A stretch of DNA of 64,000 nucleotides from Campylobacterales bacterium (GCA_050252455.1 JBFWKW010000006.1:926-64925), one strand, 5' to 3'; shown: positions 1-10,875, counted from the first letter of the stretch. Numbers and translations: made by a program. The notes: generated from the sequence alone by a model not told the origin.

Positions 1-28
1 CTTTATCGCTATCTCCAAATATTCCCCC

Positions 29-1159
29 TTATCTTTCAAGTAGCTCACAAAGCCCCCTGTATGTATCGCCCAAAGCATCTTCGAGCTTGTCCAATTCGCT
101 GCACTTTAGACTTTCATGGTTTGCCAGCAAACTGGAGAGTTCGCTAGCGACGCAAAAATAACTATTTTTCACCTTCTCAAAAGAGGCTTTTTGGTTAAAT
201 ATATGTGTCCCGCTGATTAGTTTGAGCCCAAAATACGCAGGCTCAAGAGGATTATGTCCGCCAATCTCGGCAAATGCGCCGCCGAGTACGACAAGATAAC
301 TCTTTGCGTATACATTTACCAGCTCGCCTATAGCATCCACGAGCACTATATCGGCGTAAAGTGCCCTATCTTCGCTAAATCTCCTGAAGCTAAGAGAGTT
401 TTTGGCGGCAATGCTCGTTAAATATTCCGCAACAGCATCAAATCTCTCAGGATGCCTAGGGACAACCACAAGCCTCTCCTTGCCAAAAAGACCGGCAATC
501 TCAAAAGCCTCTACCATCGCCGTCTCTTCGCCGCCATGAGTACTTGCTGCCGTGAAGTTGCGTCTATTGTCGCACGGTATCTCTCTTAACTCGTAGCCAC
601 CGACCGCTTGCTTGATATTGCCTGTCACATGTATGTTCTTTGCCCCTAGCGACTCCAGCCTTCTTTTATCTGTTTCGCTTTGAGCAAATACCACATCTAC
701 AAAATAAAACAATATTTGATAAAAAAATGCAAATCTCTTGTATTTCGGATAAGATTTTTCACTAATACGGGCATTAACAAGGGCTGTTTTTGCCCCTTTA
801 GCTTTTGCTACGACAAACAAAAGCAGCCAAAGTTCAGCTTCCATGACTACCAATAGTTTATGACGTCCGACCCAAAACGGCAAAAAAATCTCATACGGCA
901 AGAAACGAGCATTTAAGCTTACCCCTAATGCCTCATTATATCCGGTAGTGGTAATTGCCGTTAGTCCAACGCTGTCAAATTTTTTTATTAGCGGGGATAT
1001 GGCTTTTGTCTCACCGAGTGAACACGAATGAAACCAAACATCACATCCATCAAGCGAAGGGTTTGAGGCTAAAAAAAATCTAGCAGGGATTGATTTTTTG
1101 TATTTTTGTTTAAAACTCAGATATACAAGGAGTGGAATCGCGACAATATAAAGCAACAA
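29..1159 (-). CDS. waaA: 3-deoxy-D-manno-octulosonic acid (Kdo) transferase, GT30
   Basis: 376-aa ORF with an N-terminal membrane anchor. 'WFHSCSLGE' and C-terminal 'GGHNPLEPA' motifs are typical of KdtA/WaaA. Confidence 0.85.
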   Translation of the reverse strand: MLLYIVAIPLLVYLSFKQKYKKSIPARFFLASNPSLDGCDVWFHSCSLGETKAISPLIKKFDSVGLTAITTTGYNEALGVSLNARFLPYEIFLPFWVGRHKLLVVMEAELWLLLFVVAKAKGAKTALVNARISEKSYPKYKRFAFFYQILFYFVDVVFAQSETDKRRLESLGAKNIHVTGNIKQAVGGYELREIPCDNRRNFTAASTHGGEETAMVEAFEIAGLFGKERLVVVPRHPERFDAVAEYLTSIAAKNSLSFRRFSEDRALYADIVLVDAIGELVNVYAKSYLVVLGGAFAEIGGHNPLEPAYFGLKLISGTHIFNQKASFEKVKNSYFCVASELSSLLANHESLKCSELDKLEDALGDTYRGLCELLER

Positions 1160-1211
1160 AGAGAGGAAAAAATATAAAGCGAGTCCGGCGTATATGCCGA
1201 ACTTTTGAATA

Positions 1212-1934
1212 TTAGCCGTTTTCGGCCTCCGTTTCGCCTAGATAAAGAATTCTTCCGCAGTTTGGACAAGTGATTATCTCTTCACTTCTAATAACTTTTC
1301 TATAGTCATTGTCGGTAATTTGAATATTGCATCCCATACAAGCCTTTCCGACAACCGGAACAACGGTTGTAGAGCCTGCCCATCTTTTTATTTTTTGATA
1401 GAACGAATAAACTTTAGGGTTGATTTCGAAAACAAGCTTATCTTTTTTGGCGTAAACCTCTTTTTTTGAACCTTCAAGCTCTTTTAGGTCTCCGGCAAGT
1501 GAGGCTTCAAAGCTTTTAATCTGCTCACTTATCTCAGCAAGAGACTCTTCAAGTTTTTTTGCTTCTTCTTTTTTTGCATGCTCTACGTTATCAAGCCTAG
1601 AAATCTCTTCGTTAGCAAAAGCCACTTGCTCTCTTGCAATTTCTTCTTCTATTTGAAGAGCTTTTATCTCTCTCTCGGTCTTTAGCGTAGCCGATTTTTT
1701 AGAGATGTCGGCAAGTTTTGCAGATAGCTCTTTTAGGTGCGCATCATGTTTATTTGCTTTGAATTTGCACTCTTTAGCCTCGTCGCTTAGCTCTTCTACT
1801 TTTGCTTTTATGCCGTTAGACTTCTCTATAAGTTTGTTCAGTTCAGACTTTAACGACTCCTCTTTCGGGCCGAACGAGTCGATTTCCGCATCAATTTGTG
1901 CAAGCTCTATAATCTTTTTAAGCTCTTGGTTCAT
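1212..1934 (-). CDS. coiled-coil zinc-ribbon protein (COG1579/DUF164, HP0958-like)
   Basis: 240 aa. A long E/K-rich heptad region is followed by a C-terminal CMGC...CPNC zinc ribbon. It lies directly downstream of a NIF3 gene, its usual partner. Confidence 0.75.
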   Translation of the reverse strand: MNQELKKIIELAQIDAEIDSFGPKEESLKSELNKLIEKSNGIKAKVEELSDEAKECKFKANKHDAHLKELSAKLADISKKSATLKTEREIKALQIEEEIAREQVAFANEEISRLDNVEHAKKEEAKKLEESLAEISEQIKSFEASLAGDLKELEGSKKEVYAKKDKLVFEINPKVYSFYQKIKRWAGSTTVVPVVGKACMGCNIQITDNDYRKVIRSEEIITCPNCGRILYLGETEAENG

Positions 1935-1964
1935 AAATCATATTTCCTTGAAGTGTTGTCTGTT

Positions 1965-2687
1965 TTAAAAATTCTTAAGCGGATTTTTTGAATTTGTAAT
2001 TATAGCTTTAATAGGCAAAATTTTCAAATTTTCATAGATACTTGCGGCAAATACGGCTTCCGTGGCATAATGCGTTGCATCAATAATCCCGATATTTTTC
2101 TCCATAGCAAAAATAGCGTCATGATATTTGACATCCCCCGTAATGAGACAATCTGCGTCAACCTTTGAGAGAAAAGATGCTCCACTGCCCGTAACTATCG
2201 CTACTTTTTTAATTTTTCCATCTCTTGATACACATTTTATATTTTCAAGTCCAAGTTTATTTTTGACAAGCAAAGCAAGCTCATCAAAACTCATATCGAT
2301 ATCTACATATACCAAAAAGCCGTCTTTTGTGATATTTTCAAAGCCCATCACTTTGGTCGCAAAATAGACGTTTAGATGTGTTTTGTCGTAGTTTGTATGC
2401 ATTGCGATAATGGATATGTTTTTTTGCACGGCAAGACGGAGAGCTTGTGCCGTAATATCGCTAAAATCAAGTCTTTTTAGCGGCGAAAAAATAAGCGGGT
2501 GATGTGTGATAAGCAGCGCACCCTCGTCCATGCCACCGAGCACTTCAAGCGTAGGCTCTAATGAAAGATATATTTTTTGCACCTCGGCGTCCATGTCGCC
2601 AACGATAAGGCCGCTGTTATCCCACGACTCGGCAAGCTCAAACGGACTTAACTCATTTAAAAAAGAGTGGATTTCGCATAGTTTCAT
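1965..2687 (-). CDS. Nif3-like dinuclear metal centre protein (GTP cyclohydrolase 1 type 2 homologue)
   Basis: 240 aa. 'ESWDNSGL' near the N-terminus, 'ITHHPLIF', and a 'TGDVKYHDA' C-terminal motif are characteristic of the NIF3/YbgI family. Confidence 0.85.
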   Translation of the reverse strand: MKLCEIHSFLNELSPFELAESWDNSGLIVGDMDAEVQKIYLSLEPTLEVLGGMDEGALLITHHPLIFSPLKRLDFSDITAQALRLAVQKNISIIAMHTNYDKTHLNVYFATKVMGFENITKDGFLVYVDIDMSFDELALLVKNKLGLENIKCVSRDGKIKKVAIVTGSGASFLSKVDADCLITGDVKYHDAIFAMEKNIGIIDATHYATEAVFAASIYENLKILPIKAIITNSKNPLKNF

Positions 2688-3562
2688 TGGAAGCGTTTTA
2701 GCCTCTCTTCTCTCTCTTCCTCTTGTTCTTTGTAAAGCGTAGCGCTTGATTTTGCAAGCTCTCTGATTTTTAGGATGAAGTTTGCCCTCTCGGTAACCGA
2801 TATAGCCTTTCTCGCATCCAGCGTATTAAAACAATGCGAAGCGATAATACATTGGTCATATGCAGGTAGCGGCAAACCATGTTCTAGGCAGTTTTTGCAC
2901 TCGCCTATCGCATCGTCAAAATGCCTAAAAAGCATCTCTGTATTTGCAACCTCAAAGTTGTAAGCGCTAAATTCTCTCTCGCTCTCGAAGTGGATATCCG
3001 CGTACTTGTAGCTATCATTCCAGGCAAGTTCATACACGTTTTCGACACCTTGCAGATACATAGCAAGCCTCTCCATACCGTATGTTATCTCGACCGCCAC
3101 AGGCTCACAAGCGATACCCGCCACTTGTTGAAAATACGTAAACTGCGTAACTTCCATGCCGTCAAGCCACACTTCCCAGCCAAGACCCCATGCGCCAAGC
3201 GTCGGAGACTCCCAGTTGTCTTCTACAAATCTGATATCGTGTTCGGCAAGGTTTAGCCCCAAAAACTCAAGGCTTTTGAGGTATTTTTCTTGAATCCCCT
3301 CCGGGCTTGGTTTGATAATAACTTGAAACTGATAATACGCTCCTAGTCTATTCGGGTTTTCGCCATATCTACCGTCTGACGGTCTACGACTTGGAGCAAC
3401 ATACGCCACGCTCCAAGGTCTTCTATCGAGGCTTCTAAGAAGCGTCGCCGGATGGAAAGTCCCCGCTCCCGCCGGAAGGTCATAAGGCTGAACGATAGAA
3501 CAACCCTCTTTCATCCAAAACTCTTGAAGTTTCAAAAACATTTCACTAAAAGTTATCGCCAT
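2684..3562 (-). CDS. glyQ: glycine--tRNA ligase alpha subunit
   Basis: 292 aa. Highly conserved GlyQ blocks: 'GAGTFHPAT', '[12 protein letters not shown]', '[22 protein letters not shown]'. Confidence 0.95.
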   Translation of the reverse strand: MAITFSEMFLKLQEFWMKEGCSIVQPYDLPAGAGTFHPATLLRSLDRRPWSVAYVAPSRRPSDGRYGENPNRLGAYYQFQVIIKPSPEGIQEKYLKSLEFLGLNLAEHDIRFVEDNWESPTLGAWGLGWEVWLDGMEVTQFTYFQQVAGIACEPVAVEITYGMERLAMYLQGVENVYELAWNDSYKYADIHFESEREFSAYNFEVANTEMLFRHFDDAIGECKNCLEHGLPLPAYDQCIIASHCFNTLDARKAISVTERANFILKIRELAKSSATLYKEQEEEREERLKRFQ

Positions 3563-3568
3563 TTTGTA

Positions 3569-4213
3569 TTAGTCCTTAAAAAAATCTATTATCCAGTTTA
3601 ACTCACTGCCATGGGTGAGGTTTTTATCGCCGACCGGTTTATCCTCGCCAAATCCCCACTCAACCACAACGGAAGGTATTTTGATAGCTCTCGCCGCTTT
3701 GACATCCTTGATACTATCGCCGACCATTATTACACTTGCGTCATCATCTGCACCCATACCGTCAAGCGCTTTTAGAAGCATTTCCGGATTCGGCTTTGGG
3801 AGCGCCACCCTATCGGCACCTATTATTGCATCAAAATAATTTGAAATATCAAGAGAATCAAGTATTTTTTTTGCAAATTCTGTTTTACCGTTTGTCGCTA
3901 CGGCCATTTTAAAACCGTTTGTACGAAACTCATCCAAAAAGAAGTCTATTTTTTCATAAAGTCTTACATTTTGGGCGCAAATCTCATAATAATACGGCTC
4001 AAAAATAGCCCTTTGCTCTTCCGTAAAACTTTTTGTGCCATAGAAAACATCTGCGGCATTTATGTCATCACGATTGATATTGTCAAGCACATAGTCTCTA
4101 CCTAGCGGCGATAATCCAAAAGAAGCCCTTGTATGATTGATTGCTGCAGCTATATTGTCTCCGCTATCAACTAACGTGCCGTCAAGGTCGAAAATAATAA
4201 TTTCGTTAGCCAT
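3569..4213 (-). CDS. HAD-superfamily hydrolase (phosphoglycolate phosphatase-like)
   Basis: 214 aa. HAD motif I 'IFDLDGTLVDS' and motif IV 'VGDSIKD'. Confidence 0.8.
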   Translation of the reverse strand: MANEIIIFDLDGTLVDSGDNIAAAINHTRASFGLSPLGRDYVLDNINRDDINAADVFYGTKSFTEEQRAIFEPYYYEICAQNVRLYEKIDFFLDEFRTNGFKMAVATNGKTEFAKKILDSLDISNYFDAIIGADRVALPKPNPEMLLKALDGMGADDDASVIMVGDSIKDVKAARAIKIPSVVVEWGFGEDKPVGDKNLTHGSELNWIIDFFKD

Positions 4214-4691
4214 TATTTGCGCTATTAGCGTGATTTTCTACCGTCTGATTCCACATTAATTTATATTTTCTCTTCATAAATTCAAGCTCTTCCTGAGCCG
4301 TCTCAAGCTGTCTTGTCAAGGTCTCTATCGTTTTTCTGTCCTCATCATAAATCTCTTGCATAGAGATAAGACCCTCTTTTAAAAACTTGTTTTCGCGACG
4401 GATTGCATCCAGCGTCTCCTCTTTTGCGTCAAGCACCTTTTCATGAAAAGCTATTATCGTATTGATAGTCTTTTCGGCAAAAGCGTGATCTATCTGGCGA
4501 CCGTCATGCATCTCGTCAGGCAAAAGAGCGCTATCTTTAAGTACGAGGTCGGTACCGCTACCGACCTCTATATATTTTTGACCCTCTTCATCTTTGAACT
4601 CCAGCTCGCCACTCTCGCACAGCAGTTCTATCTCTTCTCTCTCTTTACCCGATATGATTGCGAATTCATCTACCGTAATCCAAGTGGCCAC
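4206..4691 (-). CDS. hypothetical coiled-coil protein, possible N-terminal HTH
   Basis: 161 aa, co-directional and overlapping the neighbouring gene by 8 nt. The N-terminus 'ITVDEFAIISGKEREEIELLCESGEL' resembles an excisionase/MerR-type HTH and the C-terminal half is heptad-rich. Function unknown. Confidence 0.45.
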   Translation of the reverse strand: MATWITVDEFAIISGKEREEIELLCESGELEFKDEEGQKYIEVGSGTDLVLKDSALLPDEMHDGRQIDHAFAEKTINTIIAFHEKVLDAKEETLDAIRRENKFLKEGLISMQEIYDEDRKTIETLTRQLETAQEELEFMKRKYKLMWNQTVENHANSANNG

Positions 4692-4701
4692 CTGTAGCTC
4701 C

Positions 4702-5196
4702 TTAAATTCTCTTTTCTAGTGTCTTTGAGTCTTCCTCGACAGCTTTTGCTTTTTTCTCTTTGTCTTTTAGTAGTTTTTTGGCTAGTCCGTCATCCGATAA
4801 CGCCAATATCTGAATGGCTAAATATGCAGCGTTTGTAGCGCCGGCCTTACCGACAGCCACTGTAGCAACCGGCATACCGCCAGGCATTTGCACGGTAGAT
4901 AGCAAGCTATCGAGTCCATCCATAAGACCGCCCTTCATCGGAACACCGATAACAGGCTTGGTAGTAAGGCTAGCTACCACCCCTGCAAGGTGGGCAGCCA
5001 TACCCGCCGCACATACAAATACTTTGGCTCCTTTTTCTTCAGCCTCTTTTACGTATTCGTGCGTTCTATCAGGGCTTCTATGGGCGCTTGATACGAGTAT
5101 CTCATAAGCCACGTCAAACTTCTCAAGCGTCTCAGCGCAGCCCTTCATTACGTCATAGTCACTCTTTGATCCCATTATTATAGATACAAAAGCCAT
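4702..5196 (-). CDS. purE: 5-(carboxyamino)imidazole ribonucleotide mutase
   Basis: 164 aa. 'IIMGSKSD', 'SAHR.P', 'AGMAAHLAGV' PurE signature blocks. Confidence 0.93.
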   Translation of the reverse strand: MAFVSIIMGSKSDYDVMKGCAETLEKFDVAYEILVSSAHRSPDRTHEYVKEAEEKGAKVFVCAAGMAAHLAGVVASLTTKPVIGVPMKGGLMDGLDSLLSTVQMPGGMPVATVAVGKAGATNAAYLAIQILALSDDGLAKKLLKDKEKKAKAVEEDSKTLEKRI

Positions 5197-5198
5197 TT

Positions 5199-6470
5199 TT
5201 AATCCTCCTTTTTTCTTAAAAAACTAAACTTTGGAAAAGCCGTCGGCAAAAATATTTTATTTGTATTGCCGCTATGCACGCTGTCAAGCTCTTTTTCACT
5301 CTCTGTGACTATTTTTTTGAAAGATATCATGAGCTTACCGTCTTTTTTATACACTTTGCCCATATCGTTGTCACACTCCGACACATCACCGCCATGCGGC
5401 AAGAGTATCTCTATTTCATCACCGGGATATATCTTGTCTTTGCAATAAAAAAACATACCGTCTTCCGGCACAAAACCCTTGACCTGATATTCGCCGTCAC
5501 TCATTGCCGTCTCTTGATTTTGCGTTCCGTCTTTTTCAAAAGGACGAGAGACGATATAGCCGTCCATATAGCCTCTGTTTTTAAGCGTATTTAGCTCACT
5601 CTCATAATAGCTTCCGTCAAACTTTTCGTCATAATAGTCATCAATCGCTTTTCTATATGTCTTTGCCGTAACGGCCGCATAGTAAAGACTCTTTGTGCGA
5701 CCCTCTATTTTTAGGCTATCTATCACACCGCTATCAAGTATCTCTTTGATATGTTGCGAGAGGTTTAGATCTTTTGCGTTAAACAAATAAGTACCCTCGC
5801 CAGGCACCTCTTCTAGCCTCATAAGCGTCTTATGCTCCGGATTTTCAACAAACACTTCATACGGCATACGACAGTCGTTGGCACAACTCCCTCTGTTTGG
5901 CACTCTGCCCATCTGTAGCGACGAAACCAAGCATCTACCGCTATAAGCAAAGCACATAGAGCCGTGTACGAAAATCTCTATCTCAATATGCGGGAGGTGT
6001 TTTTTGATTCCCTCCAAGTCCTTCATACTGCACTCTCTGGCGGCTATGATACGAGTCACGCCCATATCGGCGTAAGCTTCGGCGTCCATATAATTAAGTA
6101 CGTTTGCCTGGGTAGAGAGGTGTATATCTATGTTTGGAGCTACTTTCTTGGCTAGCTTTATGACGCCTGGGGTCGACACGATAAAAGCATCTGGTTTTAG
6201 CTCGGCAAGGGCTGCAAGGTGCTTTTCTACAAGCGAAAGCTGCGAGTTAAAAGGAAATCCGTTGACGGTAGCGTATACTTTTTTGCCTCTGGCATGAGCA
6301 TACTCTATCGCCTCACCGAAACTTTCAAGGTCAAACTCTTTTCCGCTTCTAATTCTGAGCGAGAAGTGGCTAACCCCGCCATATACGGCGTCAGCGCCAT
6401 ATTCGAGAGCAACTCTAAATTTTTCAGGGTCTCCGGCAGGAGATAGGAGCTCGGCTCTCTTTTGAATCAT
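5199..6470 (-). CDS. peptidase U32 family protein
   Basis: 423 aa. U32 signature 'EIFVHGSMCFAYSGRCLVS' in a TIM-barrel-like N-terminal half. Confidence 0.85.
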   Translation of the reverse strand: MIQKRAELLSPAGDPEKFRVALEYGADAVYGGVSHFSLRIRSGKEFDLESFGEAIEYAHARGKKVYATVNGFPFNSQLSLVEKHLAALAELKPDAFIVSTPGVIKLAKKVAPNIDIHLSTQANVLNYMDAEAYADMGVTRIIAARECSMKDLEGIKKHLPHIEIEIFVHGSMCFAYSGRCLVSSLQMGRVPNRGSCANDCRMPYEVFVENPEHKTLMRLEEVPGEGTYLFNAKDLNLSQHIKEILDSGVIDSLKIEGRTKSLYYAAVTAKTYRKAIDDYYDEKFDGSYYESELNTLKNRGYMDGYIVSRPFEKDGTQNQETAMSDGEYQVKGFVPEDGMFFYCKDKIYPGDEIEILLPHGGDVSECDNDMGKVYKKDGKLMISFKKIVTESEKELDSVHSGNTNKIFLPTAFPKFSFLRKKED

Positions 6471-7144
6471 TTTTGTCCGAATGCGGCTATTAGCGCCTCT
6501 ATATCATCGTCTCCGACAACATCGTTATTTTCATCGCCGTGAATGTGTTTTGCGCTACTTACACGCTTTTCATCGTCAATTTTGCCCTCGAAAAGCTTGT
6601 TCATATAATTTGATAGCGCTCTCATTATATTAATTACACGTTCTATTTTTTGTCTGTGAATATCTTGATATTGCATCATATCCATAATGCTCATGCAGTT
6701 CATACCTATATTGCCGAGATTATTCATCACCTCTTCATGACTTGCTAGAGCGGCATCTATTTTTTCACTCTCGGCACCAAACGTCTCTATTTGCGGAAAT
6801 TTAGCCGAAAGTTTGGTCATCAAATCTTTTAGGGAGTTTAACGTGTCTGTTATGGACGCCATCTTTTCTTCGGCAGCCATTTGCTCATTGGAAATCTGCT
6901 CCAACATATCAAACATCTGCGTTGCTTTTTCTTCAGACTCTTTGGTTACGTCGTCAAGCTGATGTACGACTTTATTTTCCTTTAGAGGGGGCGGGGGCGG
7001 CCAGCTCTTGGTGGCGCCAAGGTCGTACTCTACCTGCGAATATTGGCTGTCTTCGTCAACAGGGGCATCTGCCGAACCAGCGTCATCGCCGCCCATATCA
7101 TCCATATCGCCGTTCATTAATTTATCGAGTTCTTCTTGGGTCAT
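6467..7144 (-). CDS. CheZ-like chemotaxis phosphatase (remote, epsilonproteobacterial type)
   Basis: 225 aa. Acidic N-terminus, a PPPPP tract, and a helical C-terminal half with 'QDIHRQ' showing the same D-x3-Q spacing as the E. coli CheZ catalytic 'QDLTGQ'. Confidence 0.5.
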   Translation of the reverse strand: MTQEELDKLMNGDMDDMGGDDAGSADAPVDEDSQYSQVEYDLGATKSWPPPPPLKENKVVHQLDDVTKESEEKATQMFDMLEQISNEQMAAEEKMASITDTLNSLKDLMTKLSAKFPQIETFGAESEKIDAALASHEEVMNNLGNIGMNCMSIMDMMQYQDIHRQKIERVINIMRALSNYMNKLFEGKIDDEKRVSSAKHIHGDENNDVVGDDDIEALIAAFGQK

Positions 7145-7275
7145 GCCATACCTTCTATATCGCTGTTGTCGCCTAAGCTTCTAACGTATCAAATTTGGCT
7201 AATTATAGCTTTTTTCGTTTATAATTTTATTTAAATAATAGGCATTCGAAAATAAAAATTTAAAAGACCAAACCA

Positions 7276-8055
7276 ATGCTTGTAGACCTACACAACCACA
7301 CCCCTTTGTGCAATCACGCAAAAGGCGAACCGATAGAATTTGTACAAAAAGCGATAGAGCACAATATATCTGTTTTTGGTTTTTCAGACCATGCACCGAT
7401 GAACTTTGACGAAGCCTATAGAATGGGTTTTGATGAGATGGATAAATACGAAAAAACCGTATTGGAATTAAAAAGTGAATACAAAAATCAGATAAATATA
7501 AAGCTTGCATATGAAGTAGACTACCTACCGGGATTCATAGATTCGAGAGTTCTTGATAGGGATGTGGATTATCTCATAGGCTCCGTGCACTTTATCGGCG
7601 GCTGGGGTTTTGATAATCCGGAGTTTATAGGTGACTACAAGGGCAAAAATCCGGATGAAACCTGGAGTGAGTACTTTAGGCTGATAGGAGATATGGCAAA
7701 GTCCGGACATTTTAATATAGTCGGGCATATGGATTTATTGAAAGTATTTAATTTTAAACCGTCAAAAGACACGGTCAAACTAGGGAGATATGCGCTCGAT
7801 GAAATCAAAAAAGCGGGCATGGCGATAGAGATTAATGCGTCGGGACTTAGAAAACCGGTAGCGGAACAGTACCCGTCAAACGAACTGCTATCCGCGGCAT
7901 TGGAACTTCAGATACCTATAACTTTTGGAAGCGACGCTCACGACCCGTCGCACATAGGCTACAAACTGACAGACAATCTACAAAAAGCTAAAGAAATCGG
8001 TTTTTTAGAATACGCAAACTTCACAGAACGCAAAATGGAATTGATTAAAATTTAA
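7276..8055 (+). CDS. histidinol-phosphatase, PHP family (HisJ/HisK type)
   Basis: 259 aa. PHP metal motifs 'DLHNHT..C.HA', 'GSVH', 'VGHMDL', 'FGSDAH'. Confidence 0.8.
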   Translation: MLVDLHNHTPLCNHAKGEPIEFVQKAIEHNISVFGFSDHAPMNFDEAYRMGFDEMDKYEKTVLELKSEYKNQINIKLAYEVDYLPGFIDSRVLDRDVDYLIGSVHFIGGWGFDNPEFIGDYKGKNPDETWSEYFRLIGDMAKSGHFNIVGHMDLLKVFNFKPSKDTVKLGRYALDEIKKAGMAIEINASGLRKPVAEQYPSNELLSAALELQIPITFGSDAHDPSHIGYKLTDNLQKAKEIGFLEYANFTERKMELIKI

Positions 8056-8132
8056 TCACACCCTCAAGAAAAGATACAGTCTTTTTTGCTACAATTTTGT
8101 CATATGTAAGTTAATTCAAAAGGAGAAGATGA

Positions 8133-9566
8133 ATGTACAGTAGTGCTGAAGACGTTAAAAAAATTTTTGACGTTATAAAAGAAAAAGAGATCGAATTTGT
8201 AGATTTCAGATTTACAGACTTTAAAGGAACTTGGCATCATGTTTCTTACAACGTAAAATCTATAGACGAAGACAGCTTCAAAGGTATACCTTTCGACGGA
8301 AGCTCTATCCCTTACTGGCAGCCGATTAACCAATCAGATATGCAACTTATCCCTGACGCTAAAGCATTTTTCGTAGATCCTTTTACGGCAGACCCTACGC
8401 TTGTAGTATTCTGTGACGCTTACAACATCTACAAAGGCGAGCTATATGCTAAATGCCCTAGATCAATAGCTAAAAAAGCTATGGAATACCTAAAAACTAC
8501 AGGACTAGGCGATGTAGCATACTTCGGTCCTGAAAATGAATTCTTCGTATTTGACGACATCAAAGTAAAAAGCGATATCAATTGCCAATACTACGAAATC
8601 GACTCTGAAGAAGGTACTTGGAACTCTGCTAAGTCTTATACGGACGGCGGCTTCAACTCAGGCCATAGACCTGGTACAAAAGGCGGTTACTTCCCGGTAG
8701 CTCCGGTTGACACAATGGTTGATTTGAGAGCTGAAATGGTTAAAGTAATGGAAGAAATCGGTCTTGAGACTTTCGTTGTTCACCACGAAGTTGCGCAAGG
8801 CCAAGGCGAAATCGGCGTTAAATTCGGCACTCTTGTAGAAGCTGCGGATAACGTACAAAAAGTAAAATATGTAGTAAAAATGGTTGCTGCTATGAACGGC
8901 AAAACTGCTACATTTATGCCAAAACCGCTTTACGGAGACAATGGTAACGGTATGCACGTTCACCAATCAATCTGGAACAAAGGTGAAAACACTTTTGCAG
9001 GCGGCGAATACCAAGGCCTTTCAAAAACAGCTCTTTATTACATCGGCGGCGTACTAAAACACGCTAGAGCTCTTGCGGCGTTTACAAACCCGTCAACAAA
9101 CTCATACAAAAGACTAATCCCAGGTTTTGAAGCTCCTTCAATCCTTGCTTACTCTGCGATGAACAGATCTGCATCTTGCAGAATCCCATACGTAAACAGT
9201 CCGAAAGCAAAAAGATGTGAATTTAGATTCCCAGATTCAACTGCTAACCCATACCTAGCATTCTCTGCAATGCTTCTTGCCGGTATCGACGGTATCAAAA
9301 ACCAAATCGATCCAGGTCAACCAAGAGAAGAAGACCTATTTGAACTTTCTCTTGATGAAATTAGAGAAAAGGGTATCAAACAAATGCCTCACACACTAAG
9401 AGGTGCTGCTGAGTCACTAATAGCAGACTGGGACTTCCTAAAATCAACAGGTGTATTCTCTGATGAAATGCTAAACGACTACAAACAATTCTTGTTTGAA
9501 ACTCAAATTTGGCCGTACGAAGCTAGACCTCATCCATTCGAGTTCCTTACTTCTTACTCTTGCTAA
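8133..9566 (+). CDS. glnA: glutamine synthetase, type I
   Basis: 477 aa. 'FDGSSI', '[12 protein letters not shown]', '[10 protein letters not shown]', 'RFPD' blocks. AGGAG RBS lies 7 nt upstream. The adenylylation-loop position reads 'DLFEL' (Phe instead of the Tyr of 'NLYDL'), so the enzyme is probably not adenylylated. Confidence 0.95.
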   Translation: MYSSAEDVKKIFDVIKEKEIEFVDFRFTDFKGTWHHVSYNVKSIDEDSFKGIPFDGSSIPYWQPINQSDMQLIPDAKAFFVDPFTADPTLVVFCDAYNIYKGELYAKCPRSIAKKAMEYLKTTGLGDVAYFGPENEFFVFDDIKVKSDINCQYYEIDSEEGTWNSAKSYTDGGFNSGHRPGTKGGYFPVAPVDTMVDLRAEMVKVMEEIGLETFVVHHEVAQGQGEIGVKFGTLVEAADNVQKVKYVVKMVAAMNGKTATFMPKPLYGDNGNGMHVHQSIWNKGENTFAGGEYQGLSKTALYYIGGVLKHARALAAFTNPSTNSYKRLIPGFEAPSILAYSAMNRSASCRIPYVNSPKAKRCEFRFPDSTANPYLAFSAMLLAGIDGIKNQIDPGQPREEDLFELSLDEIREKGIKQMPHTLRGAAESLIADWDFLKSTGVFSDEMLNDYKQFLFETQIWPYEARPHPFEFLTSYSC

Positions 9567-9572
9567 TACCCA

Positions 9573-9613
9573 CACTCTTTTGTCACAAAAAAGTGACAAA
9601 AGAGTGACTTCTT
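9573..9613 (+). terminator. rho-independent terminator of glnA
   Basis: Perfect 14-bp stem CACTCTTTTGTCAC / GTGACAAAAGAGTG (9573-9586 / 9593-9606) with an AAAAAA loop, 7 nt after the glnA stop, followed by a T-containing tail. Confidence 0.7.
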
Positions 9614-9665
9614 AATTTAAAACTTCCAATGCTACAATAAAACAAAAAAATCGAGTAATAAAAAT

Positions 9666-10436
9666 ATGAAAGAGTTTGACGTAGCGCTACAGATAGTAAA
9701 AGATAGATACCGCCCACTCATCGACATCCAAGAGGAGATGGTCTGCTTATTTGATAAAAATTTCAATATAACCTATGTAAATGAGGCTTATTGCAAACAT
9801 TTTAAAAAGCAATTTAGTGACATTCTCGGAGTAAGCATATTAGAGTTTGCTCCAAAAACAGAGCATGGCAATATTATTGAAAATCTATCCAAGATAACGC
9901 CTAAAAAACCGATTGCAAAACTAACGTTTCAAGTCAAAAATGGCGCCAAAAGCGGTATATGGCACGAGTGGAAAAACACAGCGGCGTTCAATGAAAAAGG
10001 TGAGGTCATAGAGTTTCAAGCCGTAGGCAAAGATATCACGGAGATAAAGAAACTAAAAGACGAAAACAATAAGCTAAAGTCATCTAAGGTCGTTGAACAA
10101 AAAACATCGCCATCCTTCATAGGAAAGCAAAACGGTAAAAAAATAATTATTAACGCAAGCGAAGTATGTTTCATCAAAGCTAACCTGATAAGCATAGAAG
10201 TCTCAACTCCGCAAAAAAAAGCAAAAGTATCAATGCAGATTAAAGAAGCCGAGCAACTACTAAAAGATATGAATTTTTTCAGGGTTCATAGAAGCTATCT
10301 GGTCAACCTAGACAAGATAAAGTCCATGGAATCAATGAATGAAAGCAAATATAAAATGTATTTCTACGATATGGACGAATTCGTAATAAGTAGCAAACGT
10401 GGAGCCAAAGAACTTAGAAGGCGGCTTAAGAGTTAG
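9666..10436 (+). CDS. PAS-domain / LytTR DNA-binding one-component regulator
   Basis: 256 aa. N-terminal PAS-like fold ('FDKNFNITYVNEAYCKHF ... GKDITEIKKL'). C-terminal LytTR block ('FFRVHRSYLVNLDKIKSM ... VISSKRGAKELRRRL'). No receiver domain. Confidence 0.75.
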   Translation: MKEFDVALQIVKDRYRPLIDIQEEMVCLFDKNFNITYVNEAYCKHFKKQFSDILGVSILEFAPKTEHGNIIENLSKITPKKPIAKLTFQVKNGAKSGIWHEWKNTAAFNEKGEVIEFQAVGKDITEIKKLKDENNKLKSSKVVEQKTSPSFIGKQNGKKIIINASEVCFIKANLISIEVSTPQKKAKVSMQIKEAEQLLKDMNFFRVHRSYLVNLDKIKSMESMNESKYKMYFYDMDEFVISSKRGAKELRRRLKS

Positions 10437-10875
10437 TTTTTTTGAGAATTACCGACGAAGCCGTAAGTCCAAACGCTAGTGCCGCCAAGATAAATACGCT
10501 TTTCCCGCCAAAATAAAAAAAATCAGATAGCTTGTCGGCATCGGGGGTTGCGGACGAAACAAACACAATTAGGTTTTTTATTGCCTCAAATACAAATGAG
10601 CCAGGAATCATCGGTATTCCAGCGGGAACCTTTAATATTCTTAGTTGTGTTTTCGTTTTTTTACCTATGATATCGGCCATTATACCGACGCACAATGCCC
10701 CTGCCAATACGGACAGCTCTATCCCAAATCCCATGCCGATAAAAATATTGCGTGTTAAATATCCAAAAAAGGCAAACACGCCTACGAGCCAAAGATGCTC
10801 CTTGCGAACCTTGAATACCATCGCAAAACCTATCGCCGCAACAACGGCCAAAAGCGGTTTGATTAAAATATCCAC
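10426..10875 (-). CDS. threonine/serine exporter family protein, small subunit (ThrE_2/DUF3815)
   Basis: 149 aa with 4-5 predicted TM helices. Overlaps and follows the DUF1212-type partner, the standard two-gene arrangement. Confidence 0.7.
   Translation of the reverse strand: MDILIKPLLAVVAAIGFAMVFKVRKEHLWLVGVFAFFGYLTRNIFIGMGFGIELSVLAGALCVGIMADIIGKKTKTQLRILKVPAGIPMIPGSFVFEAIKNLIVFVSSATPDADKLSDFFYFGGKSVFILAALAFGLTASSVILKKTNS

Noticed and set aside
7199-7510. 103-aa minus-strand ORF overlapping the start of the PHP histidinol-phosphatase gene.
   Set aside because: It has no recognisable motifs, runs through the AT-rich promoter region, and overlaps a well-supported plus-strand gene.
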